Assembly: GCA_951406725.2 (NCBI GenBank) | Contig: OX597838.1 | Span: forward strand, 37,758,001 to 37,822,000 | From: Octopus vulgaris | Taxonomy: Eukaryota | Length of the DNA: 64,000 nucleotides | Reading direction: 5' to 3' | Shown here: piece after piece, positions 43,090 through 56,407 of the stretch | Position numbering within the stretch: the stretch's first letter is position 1 | Layout of the letters: each line of letters starts with the position of its first letter | Notes under the pieces: generated by a model | Seen by the model: the letters and a program-made list of their open reading frames with translations, nothing else | Database searches by the model: none | What the model was told of the DNA's origin: nothing | Made by a program: the position numbers and the translations under genes

Positions 43090-43483
43090 ATCCTTGTGTA
43101 TGAGTGTGTATGGGTGTGTTTGAGTGTGTGTGTTTGTGAGTGTGTGTGCGTGTGTGTGTGAGTCTGTGTTTATGTGTGTGTGTGTGTGGGAGTGTGTGTG
43201 TGGAAGTGTATGTGTGTGAGTGTGTATGTGTATGAGTGTGTGTGGGTGTGTGTGGGGTGTTTGAGTGGGTGTGTTTGTGGGAGTGTGTGTGCGTGTGTGT
43301 GTGAGTGTGTGCGTGTGTGACTGTGTGTGTGTGTGTGTGTGAGTGTGTGTGTGTGTGAGTGTGTGTGTATGAGTGTGCGTGTGTAAGTGTTGTGAGTGTG
43401 TGTGTGTGTGAGTGTGTATGTACGTGAGTGTATGTGTGTGAGTGTGTGTATGTGAGTGTGTGTATGTGTATGTGTATGTGTGT
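43090..43483. repeat. Degenerate (TG)n array
   Basis: Directly visible. Confidence 0.95.
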
Positions 43484-43804
43484 AAAGGGGTAGAGTTTGG
43501 AAGAGCGAACATATTTCTATTGAATTTCATTTCTCGTGTAACTGATTTCGTTTCTAATACATCCTTTGGTTGTCGTCTAACATATGACATGTTAAATAGA
43601 GCTGATCGCTATGAATACTACACAAACAGAAAGAGATAAGGAAACACAATGGGCGTCCGAAAAAAAGCAAAAAATCTAATATCATCGGTCGTTGTATGAA
43701 ATCTAATGAACCCTGTTTAATCAGGTCTATAACTTCAATTGTTTCTGAGATTAACAGGGCGAAAACAAAAGCGATCAATCATGATGAGTACAGAGAGAAA
43801 AAAG

Positions 43805-43845
<41 letters not shown>

Positions 43846-43854
43846 TTATATAAC

Positions 43855-43971
<117 letters not shown>

Positions 43972-44201
43972 ATACCCCTGTGCTGCTTAATCCCTTGGTG
44001 GTTTTATAGGACGGAAGAGTGGATTAATAATAGAGATGTCACACATAGGAACACAAGGTGTTTTGTTTTTTCCCCTTTCATGTAAGATATTTTGGTATTG
44101 TTGATGTTGTTGTTGTTGTTGTTGCTTTTGTTGAGTCTACAGAAAAGTGTATCACTTAAGTCCTGGGTTAAACTACTGTCTGTCGGAAACTTTAGGAAAT
44201 G

Positions 44202-44768
44202 TTGGGCTGTCCGGAAAGTTCGTGCCGATTTTTAAAGGAAAGAAAGAAGGTCAATAAATACTTGCCATTACATTTGTAATCAACCAAATATGAACCATTT
44301 TGTTGCACAATGCGTCTCCATCTTTCCTTTCACTTGAAAATACCCTCTTCCCAGAATTGATGGGGTTTCATGGCAAAAAATTCATCAAAGTATCTTTTTA
44401 TGTCATCCAAGGAATTGAAATTTTTACCATTAAGACTATTCTGCAGAGACCTGAATAAGTGGAAATCCGAAGGAGCAATATCTGATGAATATGGAGGGTG
44501 GGGTAACACATCCCAACCGAGCTGCAGCAGTTTTTGTCTGGATCTCAAAACATTAATTGCCGAAAATGAACTTTCTTATCTTCCATTTTAAAGGGTTACA
44601 GAATTAACACAGGTTATAGGAACATAAACCTTCTTCCATGAAAAGATAGCTTAAAATGTGCTCTAAATGGAGGTGTAGTCAAATCCTCTTTTATAGACTC
44701 AATCGTGCTCTAAAATAAGTCGAAAGGTAAGCTACTATAAATCGGCACGAACTTTCCGGGCAAGCCAA
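44202..44768 (-). mobile_element. Mariner-derived non-autonomous element
   Basis: Both TIRs present; QKLLQLGWDVLPHPPYSSDIAPSDFHLFRSLQNSL on the minus strand. Confidence 0.92.
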
Positions 44769-45190
44769 TATATTGTCAAGGATGGGGGAAATCGTGATGG
44801 TTGGTATTCAGAGGAAGAAGGACTGGATGGACCTAGTGATTATTAAGAGTCCCTCCAATCATTCAAAGTAATGTGTGTGTGTGGACGTTGGGGTGTCGAC
44901 GTCGAGGACTAGGAAACAGTCACCCGGTTTCCATGGAGTGTAAGTGACCGATTTCATAAGATTTCTTCCCTTAAAAGAAATGCTATCAGCATAATGTCAT
45001 TCATTTACAGCTGTTCTGATTGGTGCAACATGCAAGGGCATGTTTAGGTCAATGACGAAAGAACCCACCCAGCCCGGGAAACGAAACCACGCTCTTGCAA
45101 CCGTGAGAGCAACTCCCTATCCATTAGGCCAAGCTGACACTTTCAAAAGGAAATATGAATTAATATTGGTTTCGGCGGAGGGGCCAAGTA

Positions 45191-45286
<96 letters not shown>

Positions 45287-45300
45287 TAGTGGTAGTAGTA

Positions 45301-45530
45301 AGGCGATACGCTGACTCAAAGGTTAGCGCCTAGGGCAAGATGCTTAGCGGCATTTCGCCAACCTTTACGTTCTGAGTTCAAATTCCGCTGAGGTCGACTG
45401 TCCTTTTCATCCTTTAGGGGTCAATAAATTAAGTACCAGTGAAAAGCTGTAGTTGGGTTTATCGACTAGTCCCTCTGCCACCCACCCACAAAAATATTCA
45501 AGGCTTGTGACTTTTGTAGAAAGGAATAAT
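45301..45530 (+). mobile_element. SINE family B, diverged
   Basis: gagttcaaattccgctgaggtcgac..ttttcatcctttaggggtcaataaattaagtacc. Confidence 0.75.
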
Positions 45531-45799
45531 TCTATTATAAAGGCGACGCGCTGGCTCAACCGTTCGCACATCGGACAACATACTTCTTCTTGTATCTTGT
45601 TTCAGTCATTAGACTGCGACCATGCTGGGGCACCGCTTTGAAGAAGTTGAGTCAAATGAATTGACTCCAGTTGTTTTCTTTTTAAGCTTAGTACTTATCC
45701 TTTCGGTCAATTTTGCCAAAGAACAAAGTTACAGGACATAAACACACCAACAGCTGTGGTGGGTGACACACACAAAGACATACATACATACATACATAT

Positions 45800-45884
<85 letters not shown>

Positions 45885-46073
45885 CATATATATATATATA
45901 CATATATATACACACACACATATATATATACATACATATAGATACATACATATATATGTATATACATAAATACATACTTACATAGTGAAAATTTGTAAGA
46001 AAAATCAAAACACGAAGACGGGCGTGTAAACAGCAAGAAGATGTATTAGTTTAACGCTCGGGAAGTGAGAAAG

Positions 46074-46110
46074 TCTTTTAAGTTTCGAGCCTACGCTCTT
46101 CAACAGAAAG
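46074..46110 (-). ncRNA. Minimal hammerhead-like motif (F4) in a PLE-like repeat (~45985-46145)
   Basis: CTTT-CTGTTGA-A-GAGC(GTAG)GCTC-GAAA-CT-TA/AAAG. Confidence 0.55.
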
Positions 46111-46371
46111 GCGCACAGAAATAAACAAGGAGAGAAAATAGAAAAAGGTTTAGTAGCTAGCGATCTATCATGGCGAATGCTGGACATCGGGGTCATACAT
46201 ACATGCAGATGCAGATTGTAGATCAAGGTAACCCAAACTAACAGGTATGTCTGAGCGGTCCAGTTGGCAAGCCGCTATGATGCCAGTTTAAATAGGGTCT
46301 GGGCTTGTGGTAGCACAAATGTCTAGTTAGGAGAAAACCGGCAAACAGTAGCCTACCTTTGAGTCCGTAGG

Positions 46372-46614
46372 TATAAGCTAAAGAATCGGAAAACAATTAA
46401 TAATGCAAGGCCATGGCATTTAAATTTTCTTAGTTTCGTTTAATTTAAGCGAGGTCATACTAATGCAATGTCGGTAGAATTAATAGATATGATCTCTAAA
46501 TCCATCACTTCTACATTGCATTAGCTTTAACTCTCTTAAATTAAAACTAAACTAAGTAAATTTAAATGCCGTAGTCCTGCCATGGTTAATTATTTTTCCA
46601 TTCTTTAACTTATA
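46372..46614. repeat. Diverged ~240-bp fold-back
   Basis: Arm blocks ataagctaaagaat, ggcatttaaattttcttagttt and ctaatgcaatgt are each mirrored. Confidence 0.85.
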
Positions 46615-47042
46615 AATCTATAATACATTAAAAGTGAGCTTGAATCTTGCTTGCTTGCAATGTTACCCAGCCAAACTGTAGCATAATGAGAAAATACTAT
46701 GAATTAAGTTTCCCCTGAAATGTGAATATGCGTATGTAAAGAGTCCGGTCAAAGGTCTTTTATACAATGTATATTTTTAATATGTTATGTCTTATGCCTT
46801 TTATTTATGCATGCTAACCAGTGGTAATGAAATATTTTAATTTATTACCCCCATTTTTACTATAGTAATATTTATAATTCTGAGGCTATACAGGACAGAG
46901 GTTTAAATTTATTTATTTACTACTGGACTATATGTTTACTCTTGCACACTAAATTTGAATCCATAATAGATAAAGATGTAGCTCTCTTGCGCAAGCGTTT
47001 TCGCTACGTATTAGCAACTGCTTAATTATTCATTAATTAACT

Positions 47043-47112
47043 ATCTCGCTGACGATCTACAGACTCCAAATTGGTTTATCTGGCAATTAATAGAGAAACT
47101 CGAGTTCGGGAT
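47043..47112 (+). ncRNA. Type I hammerhead motif, canonical core (F3)
   Basis: ATCTCG-CTGACGA-TCTA..TAGA-GAAA-CTCGAG-TT/CGGGAT; palindromic ACTCGAGT; predicted cut after 47106. Confidence 0.72.
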
Positions 47113-47309
47113 TAACTAATTCGTTTTTTGGTCATTCTGGTGTTATAACAGCGTGCCACAAAAATTCTTTTTTACGTGGTTTGGGTTTTAATTACCCATT
47201 CTAGTATGTAGGGATTAGAGTCAAAGGTCTCCTCTCAGTGTATGAAAATATTTTATATACTTTATATTTTTTAAAATATGTTATTTTAATTCATTATACT
47301 CATAATTAC

Positions 47310-47360
<51 letters not shown>

Positions 47361-47411
47361 TTATAAGAAAGAATGGAGCTGAAAGAAGATTTAACAAAGT
47401 TCCTTTATTTT

Positions 47412-47497
47412 ATTTTCGACATATGTTTCGAAGTCTGCAAAATCCCTAATTCCGAATGAATAAGGAGTCCATTATGCAGCTTTTTCTTCAGGAAAAT
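47412..47497 (-). ncRNA. Type I hammerhead motif, canonical core, long stem II (F2)
   Basis: ATTTTC-CTGAAGA-aaaagctgca..tgcagacttc-GAAA-CATATG-TC/GAAAAT; palindromic ACATATGT; GUC triplet. Confidence 0.75.
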
Positions 47498-47689
47498 CCA
47501 GGAACTTAATTCTCCAACAAAATGCACAACAAGTTTTTCGATGACTGCTCACTAGGAGCCCATAGAGATAATGATAAATAGTGTCTATTTATAGGGGGTG
47601 ACGCCAGATTGGTTGAAAGTAGGAGAAATGTCAGTTAAAAATATATATATGTATGTATATACATATATATATATATACATAAATATATA

Positions 47690-48100
47690 GGGAGAATTCA
47701 CAAAAAACAAAAGACGAAGACAGGTGGTATAGACAACAAACAGATGTATTAGTTTAAAGCTTCGGAAGTGAGAAAGTCTTTTACGTTTCGAGCCTACGCT
47801 TTTCAACAGAAAGGAACTCAGAAATAGGCAGAGATGTATGTAAATGTATGCATGTACATATATATATAATATATGTACATATTTATGTCTGTGTACATAC
47901 ATATATTCGCCTTGCTGGACCACTGAACTCTACATGTCTTTTTTTCATTCTCTCTCTGTTTATTTCCTTATATTCCTTTCTGCTGAAGAGCGTGGGCTCG
48001 AAACGTAAAAAACGTTTTCATTTTTGCCGAGCGTCTAACTAATACACTTGTTTGTTGTTTATACACCTGTCTTTGTCTTTTGGTTTTCTACAAATTTCAA
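47690..48100. mobile_element. Inverted pair of PLE-like repeats, each with an F4 hammerhead-like motif (47777-47813 -, 47976-48011 +)
   Basis: Cores CTGTTGA and CTGCTGA, stem II GAGC/GCTC (AAGC in the minus copy), GAAACGTA; flanked by (TA)n. Confidence 0.7.
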
Positions 48101-48114
48101 CTATATATATATTT

Positions 48115-48402
48115 TTTTTCATTTTATCTAGTTTCAGCTCACGAGCTGTGGCCATTCTGGGGCACCGCCATTCGGTATTGCTACATGATTTTACTTCACG
48201 AATGCCTTTTAGCAATTGACATTTGGTGCATGAGAGAGTTTGATGCAGCTGCCCTCCTCTGCACCTCCTACCGTGAAGTTGATTCATCTGGGACACCTGA
48301 CAGGAAGAGATCCAGCTTTATTTTAAAGACATCTGCATCCACCCCATGCAGGTCTCTCAGGCTCTTCGGGAGGATATTGAAGAGCTGTGTACCTCTGAAG
48401 GA
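48115..48402 (-). mobile_element. CR1/L2-like LINE 3' end
   Basis: [34 protein letters not shown]; tail ggcggtgccccagaatggccacagctcgtgagctgaaac. Confidence 0.75.
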
Positions 48403-48505
<103 letters not shown>

Positions 48506-48550
48506 ATGTATGTATGTATGTATGTACGTATGTATGTATGCATATATGTC

Positions 48551-48819
48551 TTTTATCTGGTTTCAGTCATGTGTCTGCGGCCATGCTTGGGCAACGCATT
48601 GAAATTTTGGTCGAATGAATTGACCACAGTACATCTTTTCTATCACGTCAGGTACATGTTCTATCGGTCGTATTTGCCGAACCGCCAAGTTACGTGGACA
48701 CAAACACACCAGCACTGGTTGTCACGCGGTGGTGGGTGAACAAACACAGACACACAGTGAGAGTGAACCCGGAAATACGTGGTTGGGAATCCAGATTCTT
48801 ACCACAGAACCACGCTTGC
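48551..48819 (-). mobile_element. SINE family A, diverged and deleted
   Basis: Tail and head fragments are recognisable. Confidence 0.7.
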
Positions 48820-49088
48820 GATTAGCGGTATTTCAGCAATCTGCATGTTCTGTGCCGTTTATCCTTCCGGAAGCGATTACTGTTGAATACTGGGATTGAT
48901 GTAATCGACTTGCGCCCCTTTTACCCACCAACACCACAGACAGAGTAAGAATTTCAGGAGTTGTGCCTATAGTAATAACAACAACAACAACAACAACAGA
49001 AATCACAATCAGTATTGCTAATAAATTTAAAGTTGAATTCAGAAAACGGGAAAAACAAGTAATAATAATAATAATAATAATAATAATG

Positions 49089-49139
<51 letters not shown>

Positions 49140-49147
49140 TTATAATA

Positions 49148-49680
49148 ACCATCAAAGCCAATAAACCGGATATTGTCAAAGACCAAAACAATAAAGTTTG
49201 CTTATTGATCGACATGAGCATCCCATGTGATCATAATATCTCGGCGAAAGAGTTTGACAAGCTCAGAAAATATAAAGACTTGCTCATTGAAATTGATAAA
49301 ATGTGGCATCTCAAGGCAGTTATAATACCAGTGATCGTAGGAGCACTAGGAATGATCAAGAAGGGAACCGAAAATTATATGAGAATGATCCCTGGCTTAC
49401 CATCCCTGCAAGAAGTGCAAAAGATTGTCTTAACTGGTACATCACACGTATTGAGAAGAGTATTGTCGATGTGAGAACTATTATTACACATGTATTTTAA
49501 TTTAACTTTATTTCTATAAAAAAAAAGATGAACGAACTACTGAGTTTAGTTTAATGGCCTACCAATGTATACTATGAGTTTCTTTGCCCTAGGAGTCGGG
49601 AAGACACTCGGCAAGAAATGGGAGCAAATTTGAAAGAAGAAAAGCCCATAAACAATAATAATAATAATAATAATAATAAA
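49148..49680 (+). mobile_element. R4/Dong-type 3' fragment between (TAA)n tracts
   Basis: Near-identical to 37316-37800; retains NKPDI; (TAA)n on both sides. Confidence 0.92.
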
Positions 49681-49789
49681 TGAAATAAGATAAAATAAAA
49701 GCAGAACTATATGAAGTACTGACTACAAAGAAGAAGAACAAAAGAGAACAACATAACAACAATAGAATTTTGATCAACAAGAGAATAAT

Positions 49790-50500
49790 AATTAGCAGCA
49801 GCAGAAGCGACGGCAGCAGCTGTGGCTGCAGCAGCATCACTATTATCAGTATTATCAGCACCGACACCATCATCACGATCCCGCCCCCACCTTCTCCGCC
49901 TCATCATCCACTTCACCTCCTCTCCCTCCTCTACCTCCTCCTCCTCCTCATCATCATCATCATCATCATCGCCATCACCATCATCATCGCCATCACCATC
50001 ATCACATTCATTATCACCATCAACGTCATCATTAACACCGGCATCATCGTCGTCATCATCGTCATCATCATCATCATCCTCATTATCATCGTCATCATCA
50101 TCATCCTCATTATCATCATCATCATCATCATCGTCATCATCATTATCATCATCATCTTCATCATCATTGTCATCATTATTGTCATCATCATCATCATCAT
50201 CATTATCATCATCACCATCACCACCACGATCATCATCATCATCATCATCATCTTGACCAACATCATCATCATCATCATCTTGACCAACATCATCATCATC
50301 ATCATCATCATCATCACCACCATCATTACCGTCGCCACCCCCGACCTCCACCACCGCAACCACCATCCCCACAACGTCCTCATCACTATCGTCGTTACAA
50401 GCAAAAGGAGGTTACTGAAAACAAATTGCAGCAATGTAACACAACAGCAACAACAACAACAAAAACCATCACCACAACAACAACAACAACAGCAGCAATA
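49790..50500. repeat. (CAT)n/(CAA)n degenerate array
   Basis: Directly visible. Confidence 0.9.
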
Positions 50501-50617
50501 CAAATGAGAGGCGAAGAGGAAATTAAAGGAAATTTGAAAATGAAATCTATTTTCTTAATGATAGATTGTTTAAATATCAAAAGAGAAGTGGAGACGCATA
50601 CACACACCCCATGCCTA

Positions 50618-50662
<45 letters not shown>

Positions 50663-50813
50663 GCACACACACACACACACACACTCACGCACATACACAT
50701 AAACATATACGAACAAACAGTTACAACCACACACGAATACGCAAAGAGGCATAATTATACTTACACATACACGCAAATATATATACATATATGGATAAAC
50801 ACATATAGCAACA

Positions 50814-50856
<43 letters not shown>

Positions 50857-50867
50857 GCGCATATATG

Positions 50868-50925
<58 letters not shown>

Positions 50926-51468
50926 CATACATGCATTCATATGTATCTGTATATATATAAATAGGTATATATATACATATATATGTATATGCATATTTGT
51001 ATTGTGCATATATGTGTCTATATATATATTTATATCTATACACATATGCACACATATATATACATGCTTTTTTATATATATGTAGATATACATATTGTGT
51101 ACTTATGTATATTTGCATATGAATATGTGTGTATATATGTATATATGCACATATATGTATGTAAATATATATGTATATATGTACATATATATAGGTGTCT
51201 ATATATATACATTTATACAGCTATATATATGTAATATATATATACAATATATATCTCTATATGTATGTATATATATATATGTATATATATATATATACGT
51301 ATATGTGCGTCCATCTGGTGTGCGTTTGTGTATATACATATTTGTGTTTTATTGAGGTTACATCAGGACATCCTCACCCCTTCGTGCCCCTCTTGCTATG
51401 TTAATTTATATTAATTTTTTGAATTTTGTTTTTAACTTTTGTTGTTTCTATATCAATATATTTCGTAT

Positions 51469-51541
<73 letters not shown>

Positions 51542-51588
51542 CATGCATGTATATACATATCTATACACATATATGTATCTATATATAC

Positions 51589-51653
<65 letters not shown>

Positions 51654-51917
51654 TGTATATCATATTTTACGTGATAAGATATTCTTTGATTTCCTTCAAA
51701 AAAGCATCTGGTTGGCTCGATAACTATAATCCGCCAATAACATATAAAAGAGCTATTGTTTACTTTTCATTGCAACGTGTTTATTTTATATAAAATAAAA
51801 GGCAGAGCTTTATTGCAGCGAAGACATGGCTGTGTGGTTAGCAGTCTTGTCTTGCAGTGACGTAGGTTCGGGTCCCATGATCCCCCAGACACTCCATTAT
51901 TTGTTTTGCCGATAATA

Positions 51918-52332
51918 CACAGGAGTGATTGTGTGGTAAGTAGCTTGCGTATAAACCACATGATTCCGCGCTCATTACCATTGCGTGGCACCTTGAGCAA
52001 GTGTCTTCTACTCCAGCCTCGGGCTGACCAAAGCCTTGTGAGTGGATTTGGTAGACGGAAACTGAAAGAAGCCTGTCATATATATGTATATATATATATG
52101 TATGTGTGTATATATGTTTGAGTGTCTGTGTTTGTCCTCCCAACATCGCTTGACAACCGATGGTGGTGTGCTTACGTCCCGGTAATTTAGCGGTTCGGCA
52201 AAAGGGACCGATAGAATAAGTACTAGGCTTACAAAGAATAAGTCCTGGTGTCGATTTACTCGGCTAAAGGCGGTGCTCCAGCATGGCCGCAGTCAAATGA
52301 CTGAAACAAGTAAAAGAGTAAAAGAATAAAGA
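51918..52332 (+). mobile_element. SINE family A, full length
   Basis: Colinear with 42377-42778. Confidence 0.9.
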
Positions 52333-52764
52333 GACCAGATGACGTGTCAAGCTTTCCGCGGTACTTGGATGCAATATAAAATTGGGTTGAAGTAAACAAC
52401 ATGCAGTTTAATGCTGGAAAATGTCATGGGTTGCGCGATCAGTTCGCAAATGTACCGCAGTTTGCATACAGAGGACCCAAAGTTATTGAAATCTCGGATT
52501 CACAGGCAGTCAGAGATTTGGGGATCAGCATGTGTAATGATGCATTATTTCGTATACACATTACCAATGTGGCAACAAAGAGTAGAGAACTGGCAGGCCG
52601 AAGATCCTTCAATTCAAGTGTCAACGAAGTCATGTTGACCTTATGAATGACTCTTGCTCAAAGCCGCCTGGGTTACAGCCCACAGCTGTGGTCACCACAC
52701 GGGTCCAAACTACCAGCGGAATTTGAAGCAGCCCTAAGTTACTTGGGTAGTGAGTAGTTATTTT

Positions 52765-53150
52765 CTTCACTTCTTCAGGGTGTGACGACCCTGCCTGACA
52801 CGAGTGCCGGCTGACAGTACCCGGTATGGGCCCCTATCTAGGGTTACGGAAAGGAGACAACCATCAAAGAAATCCGGAGTGGAGCCCCGTAGGTTGTTTA
52901 GTGTTCGACTCGACACACTTCCGGCAGCTCCCTCAACTATGCTGGTGCCAAATGTAATGCTCTGCATTCCTTTGGACAACGTCAGCAAGGTCGAGAGAGG
53001 AATCCCGGCGATTGGGCTACCCAAGATTTCCTTACATCTAGCCCAGGTCTGCGCAAAACTAGAGAGGAAGCTGGGGAGGACATGAAATGTAAAAACCAGA
53101 CTGGGTTAGTTTATGCGCAACTCCATTGTCTCCCGAGACAAAAGGATGCC
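52765..53150 (+). mobile_element. GC-rich insert, possibly derived from an RTE 5' UTR
   Basis: Interrupts the CR1-like relic; aatccggagtggagcccc resembles RTE 5' UTRs (from memory only). Confidence 0.35.
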
Positions 53151-53275
53151 AAGAATTAAGTGACTACACTAAAATGATTGTAACAGTGCAGAAGATGGGC
53201 CACAGGGAGAGGCTAAAAAACTAATAATTTACTCCTTGGAACGAAGTAATAATCTATATGTAATAAACAAGTAAT

Positions 53276-53660
53276 GGAAGCACTCCGTCGGTTACGACGA
53301 CGAGGGTTCCGGTTGATCCGAATCAACGGAACAGCCTGCTTGTGAAATTAACGTGTAAGTGGCTGAGCACTCCACAGACACGTGTACCCTTAACGTAGTT
53401 CTCGGGGATATTCAGCATGACACAGAGAGTGACAAGGCCGGCCCCTTGAAATACAGGTACAACAGAAACAGGAAGTAAGAGTGAGAGAAAGTTGTGGTGA
53501 AAGAGTACAGCAGGGATCACTACCATCCCCTGCTGGAGCCTCGTGGAGCTTTAAGTGTTTTCGCTCAATAAACACTCACAACGCCCGGTCTGGGAATCGA
53601 AACCGCGATCCTATGACCGCGAGTCCGCTGCCCTAACCACTGGGCCATTGCACCTCCACA
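53276..53660 (-). mobile_element. tRNA-derived SINE (family D head) with 11-bp TSD
   Basis: A box tggcccagtgg, B-box-like ggtttcgattcc; TSD AAACAAGTAAT at 53265-53275 and 53661-53671. Confidence 0.88.
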
Positions 53661-54100
53661 AAACAAGTAATAATCTATATGTGGAAATAATAAATAATAA
53701 TATGTAATAAACATAATTATAAAAATAATAATAATAATATGTAATAAACAAGTAATAATCTATATGTGGAAAATTCTGGACGGGTTAGAACTTAATATCA
53801 GCATTAAGTGTTACAGACCTATACGTGGATGCCTTAAAAAAAGAACTGGACATTCTCCTCTCCACAATACCAGATGGGCCAACGGCTCGGCATGAGGTAT
53901 AGATGAGGGCAGCGGTGTAAAACTCTCTCATGCACCTAATAGGCCAATAACCAAGGGGAAAAGCACACATAGGAATGGTGATATGGAATCGTATCATCCT
54001 AGGAAATCAGCCAAAGAAGAATGATATGTAAAAGAGCAAAATCACTATGGTGCTCCAGCATGGGCGCGGCCACATGGCTGAAATGAATAAAAAAATATAT

Positions 54101-54510
54101 GCGCAGGAGTGGCTGTGTGGTAAGTAGCTTGTTTACCAACCACATGGTTCCGGGTTCAGTCCCTCTGCGTGGCACCTTGGGCAAGTGTCTTCTACTATAG
54201 CCTCGGGCCGACCAGTGCCTTGTGAGTGGATTCGGTAGACGAAAACTGAAAGAAGCCTGTCGTATATATGTATATGTATATATAAGTGTGTGTGTATATG
54301 TTTGTGTGTCTGTGTTTGTCCCCCTAGCATTGCTTGACAACCGATGCTGGTGTGTTTACGTCCCCGTCACTTAGCGGTTCGGCAAAAAGAGATCGATAGA
54401 ATAAGTACTGGGCTTACAAAGAATAAGTCCCGGGGTCGATTTGCTCGAGTAAAGGCGGTGCTCCAGCATGGCCGCAGTCAAATGACTGAAACAAGTAAAA
54501 GAGTAAAGAG
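54101..54510 (+). mobile_element. SINE family A, full length
   Basis: Colinear with other copies. Confidence 0.92.
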
Positions 54511-54685
54511 TATACATATACATTCATTTATAAATCCGCGCACACACACACATACAGTTAATTCCTCACCAAATCGCGGTTCACACATCGCAGTATATTA
54601 TTTAAGCTTACATCTGTTTTATTATTACCCACTAGGGGATTTAAGCTTACATCGATTCCTCAGTAGTGTTGTTTTGCATTTATGA

Positions 54686-55140
54686 TAAAATAAATCTATA
54701 CAAATTGCAAAAATAATAAATAAAAATACACAGTACAGAAATTATTTCAACTTCGCGGATTTTCACCTATCGTGGAGGGGTTTTGAAACGTAGCACCCAT
54801 TGTAGTCGAAAATCGTTATTTAATTTTCAAATTAACGATCTTATCCTTAATTACATATATATAAGAATGTTTTTAACTTTTGCTGTTTCTATATCAATAT
54901 CTTTCGTATATAAGCATACATACGCACACTGATTCTCACATACATAATGTAACATATATTACGTATATATATATATATATAATATATATATATACATACA
55001 TGCATGTATATACATATCTATACACATATGGGTGCTACGTTCCCAAACCCCTCCACGATAGGTGAAAATCCGCAAAGTTGAAACATTTTCTGTACTGTTT
55101 ATTTTTATTTATTATTTTTGTAATTTGTATATATTTATTA
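54686..55140. repeat. ~113-bp inverted repeat of a Tigger/pogo-like MITE segment
   Basis: 54686-54800 versus 55028-55140; tacagttaattcctc..tcgcggtt at ~54553 resembles a Tigger-type end. Confidence 0.75.
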
Positions 55141-55479
55141 CTGTATTATAATTCTGCTACTTATATAAATTAAGATTAAAAGTTCATAGTAAACACGTAA
55201 ACATGGCTAGTCATATGCTCACATGTGCGTTCGCGGACCCACGTGCGTACGTATACGTCACTATGAAAACGTACACATCTTCACTCGCATTTTTCGCCAA
55301 ATGTATACGCATATATATACAAACTCGTACACACACAGCGTGCCATAAAAATTCATACATACGTCTATATACGCACAAGCACAAGAAAAAACATGGTTAA
55401 AGGTAGCAGAAAAAACATAAGGAAGTATACAAAGCATAAAAACCACGTATATATATATATCTATATATCTATCTATCTA

Positions 55480-55526
<47 letters not shown>

Positions 55527-55754
55527 GTGTGTATGTGTATTCGTTTCTTTGGGTTAGTCTCCGTCCCCGCTCCAGCGCTTTAGAAACAACTATTCTTAAT
55601 GTGTCCGAAACTTAGCAGTTCAGCAAAAGATTCAGATAGAGTAGAATAAGTGCAATCCGATAAGAATATGTACTGGTTTCGACACTCTCAGAAACAATGA
55701 AATTTAACAAGATAAAAGATGAAAGGAATTAGATGAAACAATATATAAATATAG

Positions 55755-55966
55755 ACATACGCGCATACGTACATACATACACACATACATACATGCATGC
55801 ATGCATACATACATACACATATATAAACATACACACGCATGCATGCATTCATACACACACATTCATACATACATGCATACATACATACATATATACATAC
55901 AGACACATACATACATACACACATACATACATACATACATACATACATGCACACACATACATACAC

Positions 55967-55999
<33 letters not shown>

Positions 56000-56008
56000 C
56001 ATAATACA

Positions 56009-56042
<34 letters not shown>

Positions 56043-56153
56043 CACACATACATACATGCATACATACATACATGCATACATACATACATACACACACACA
56101 TACATACATACATACATACATACATACACACACACATACATACATACATACAT
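55755..56153. repeat. (TACA)n array
   Basis: Directly visible. Confidence 0.95.
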
Positions 56154-56407
56154 AGCTTTGTTAGCAAAATGCTCAAGTGATAATCTGGATAATCTAGAAT
56201 ATCCAGATAATGAAATTAACCAGATAATCCGCCCATTATAAACGCAACCTATACACGGAAGAGAAAGAATATGAACACTATTCTCCAGTCGATTAACTGA
56301 ATCTGATTTTGGTATCATATTCTGACGATGCCTCGTTATATCTTTGTTAGAAACCAGCTCCTTCCCGAGAGGAAGAATTCAATTAATTAAAAATAGAAGG
56401 TATCATA

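Larger units (their letters stand above)
52335..54095 (+). mobile_element. Decayed CR1/L2-like LINE 3' region split by later insertions
   Basis: NNMQFNAGKC..RDLGI..SRLGYSPQLWSP (52335-52735); ERLKKL.IYSLER (~53205-53245); LKKELDILLSTIPD and tail (53760-54095). Confidence 0.7.

Noticed and set aside
53585-53660. tRNA-like sequences (also at 2570-2640 and all SINE-A heads)
   Set aside because: These are SINE heads followed by SINE bodies; no intact acceptor stem or cloverleaf is evident
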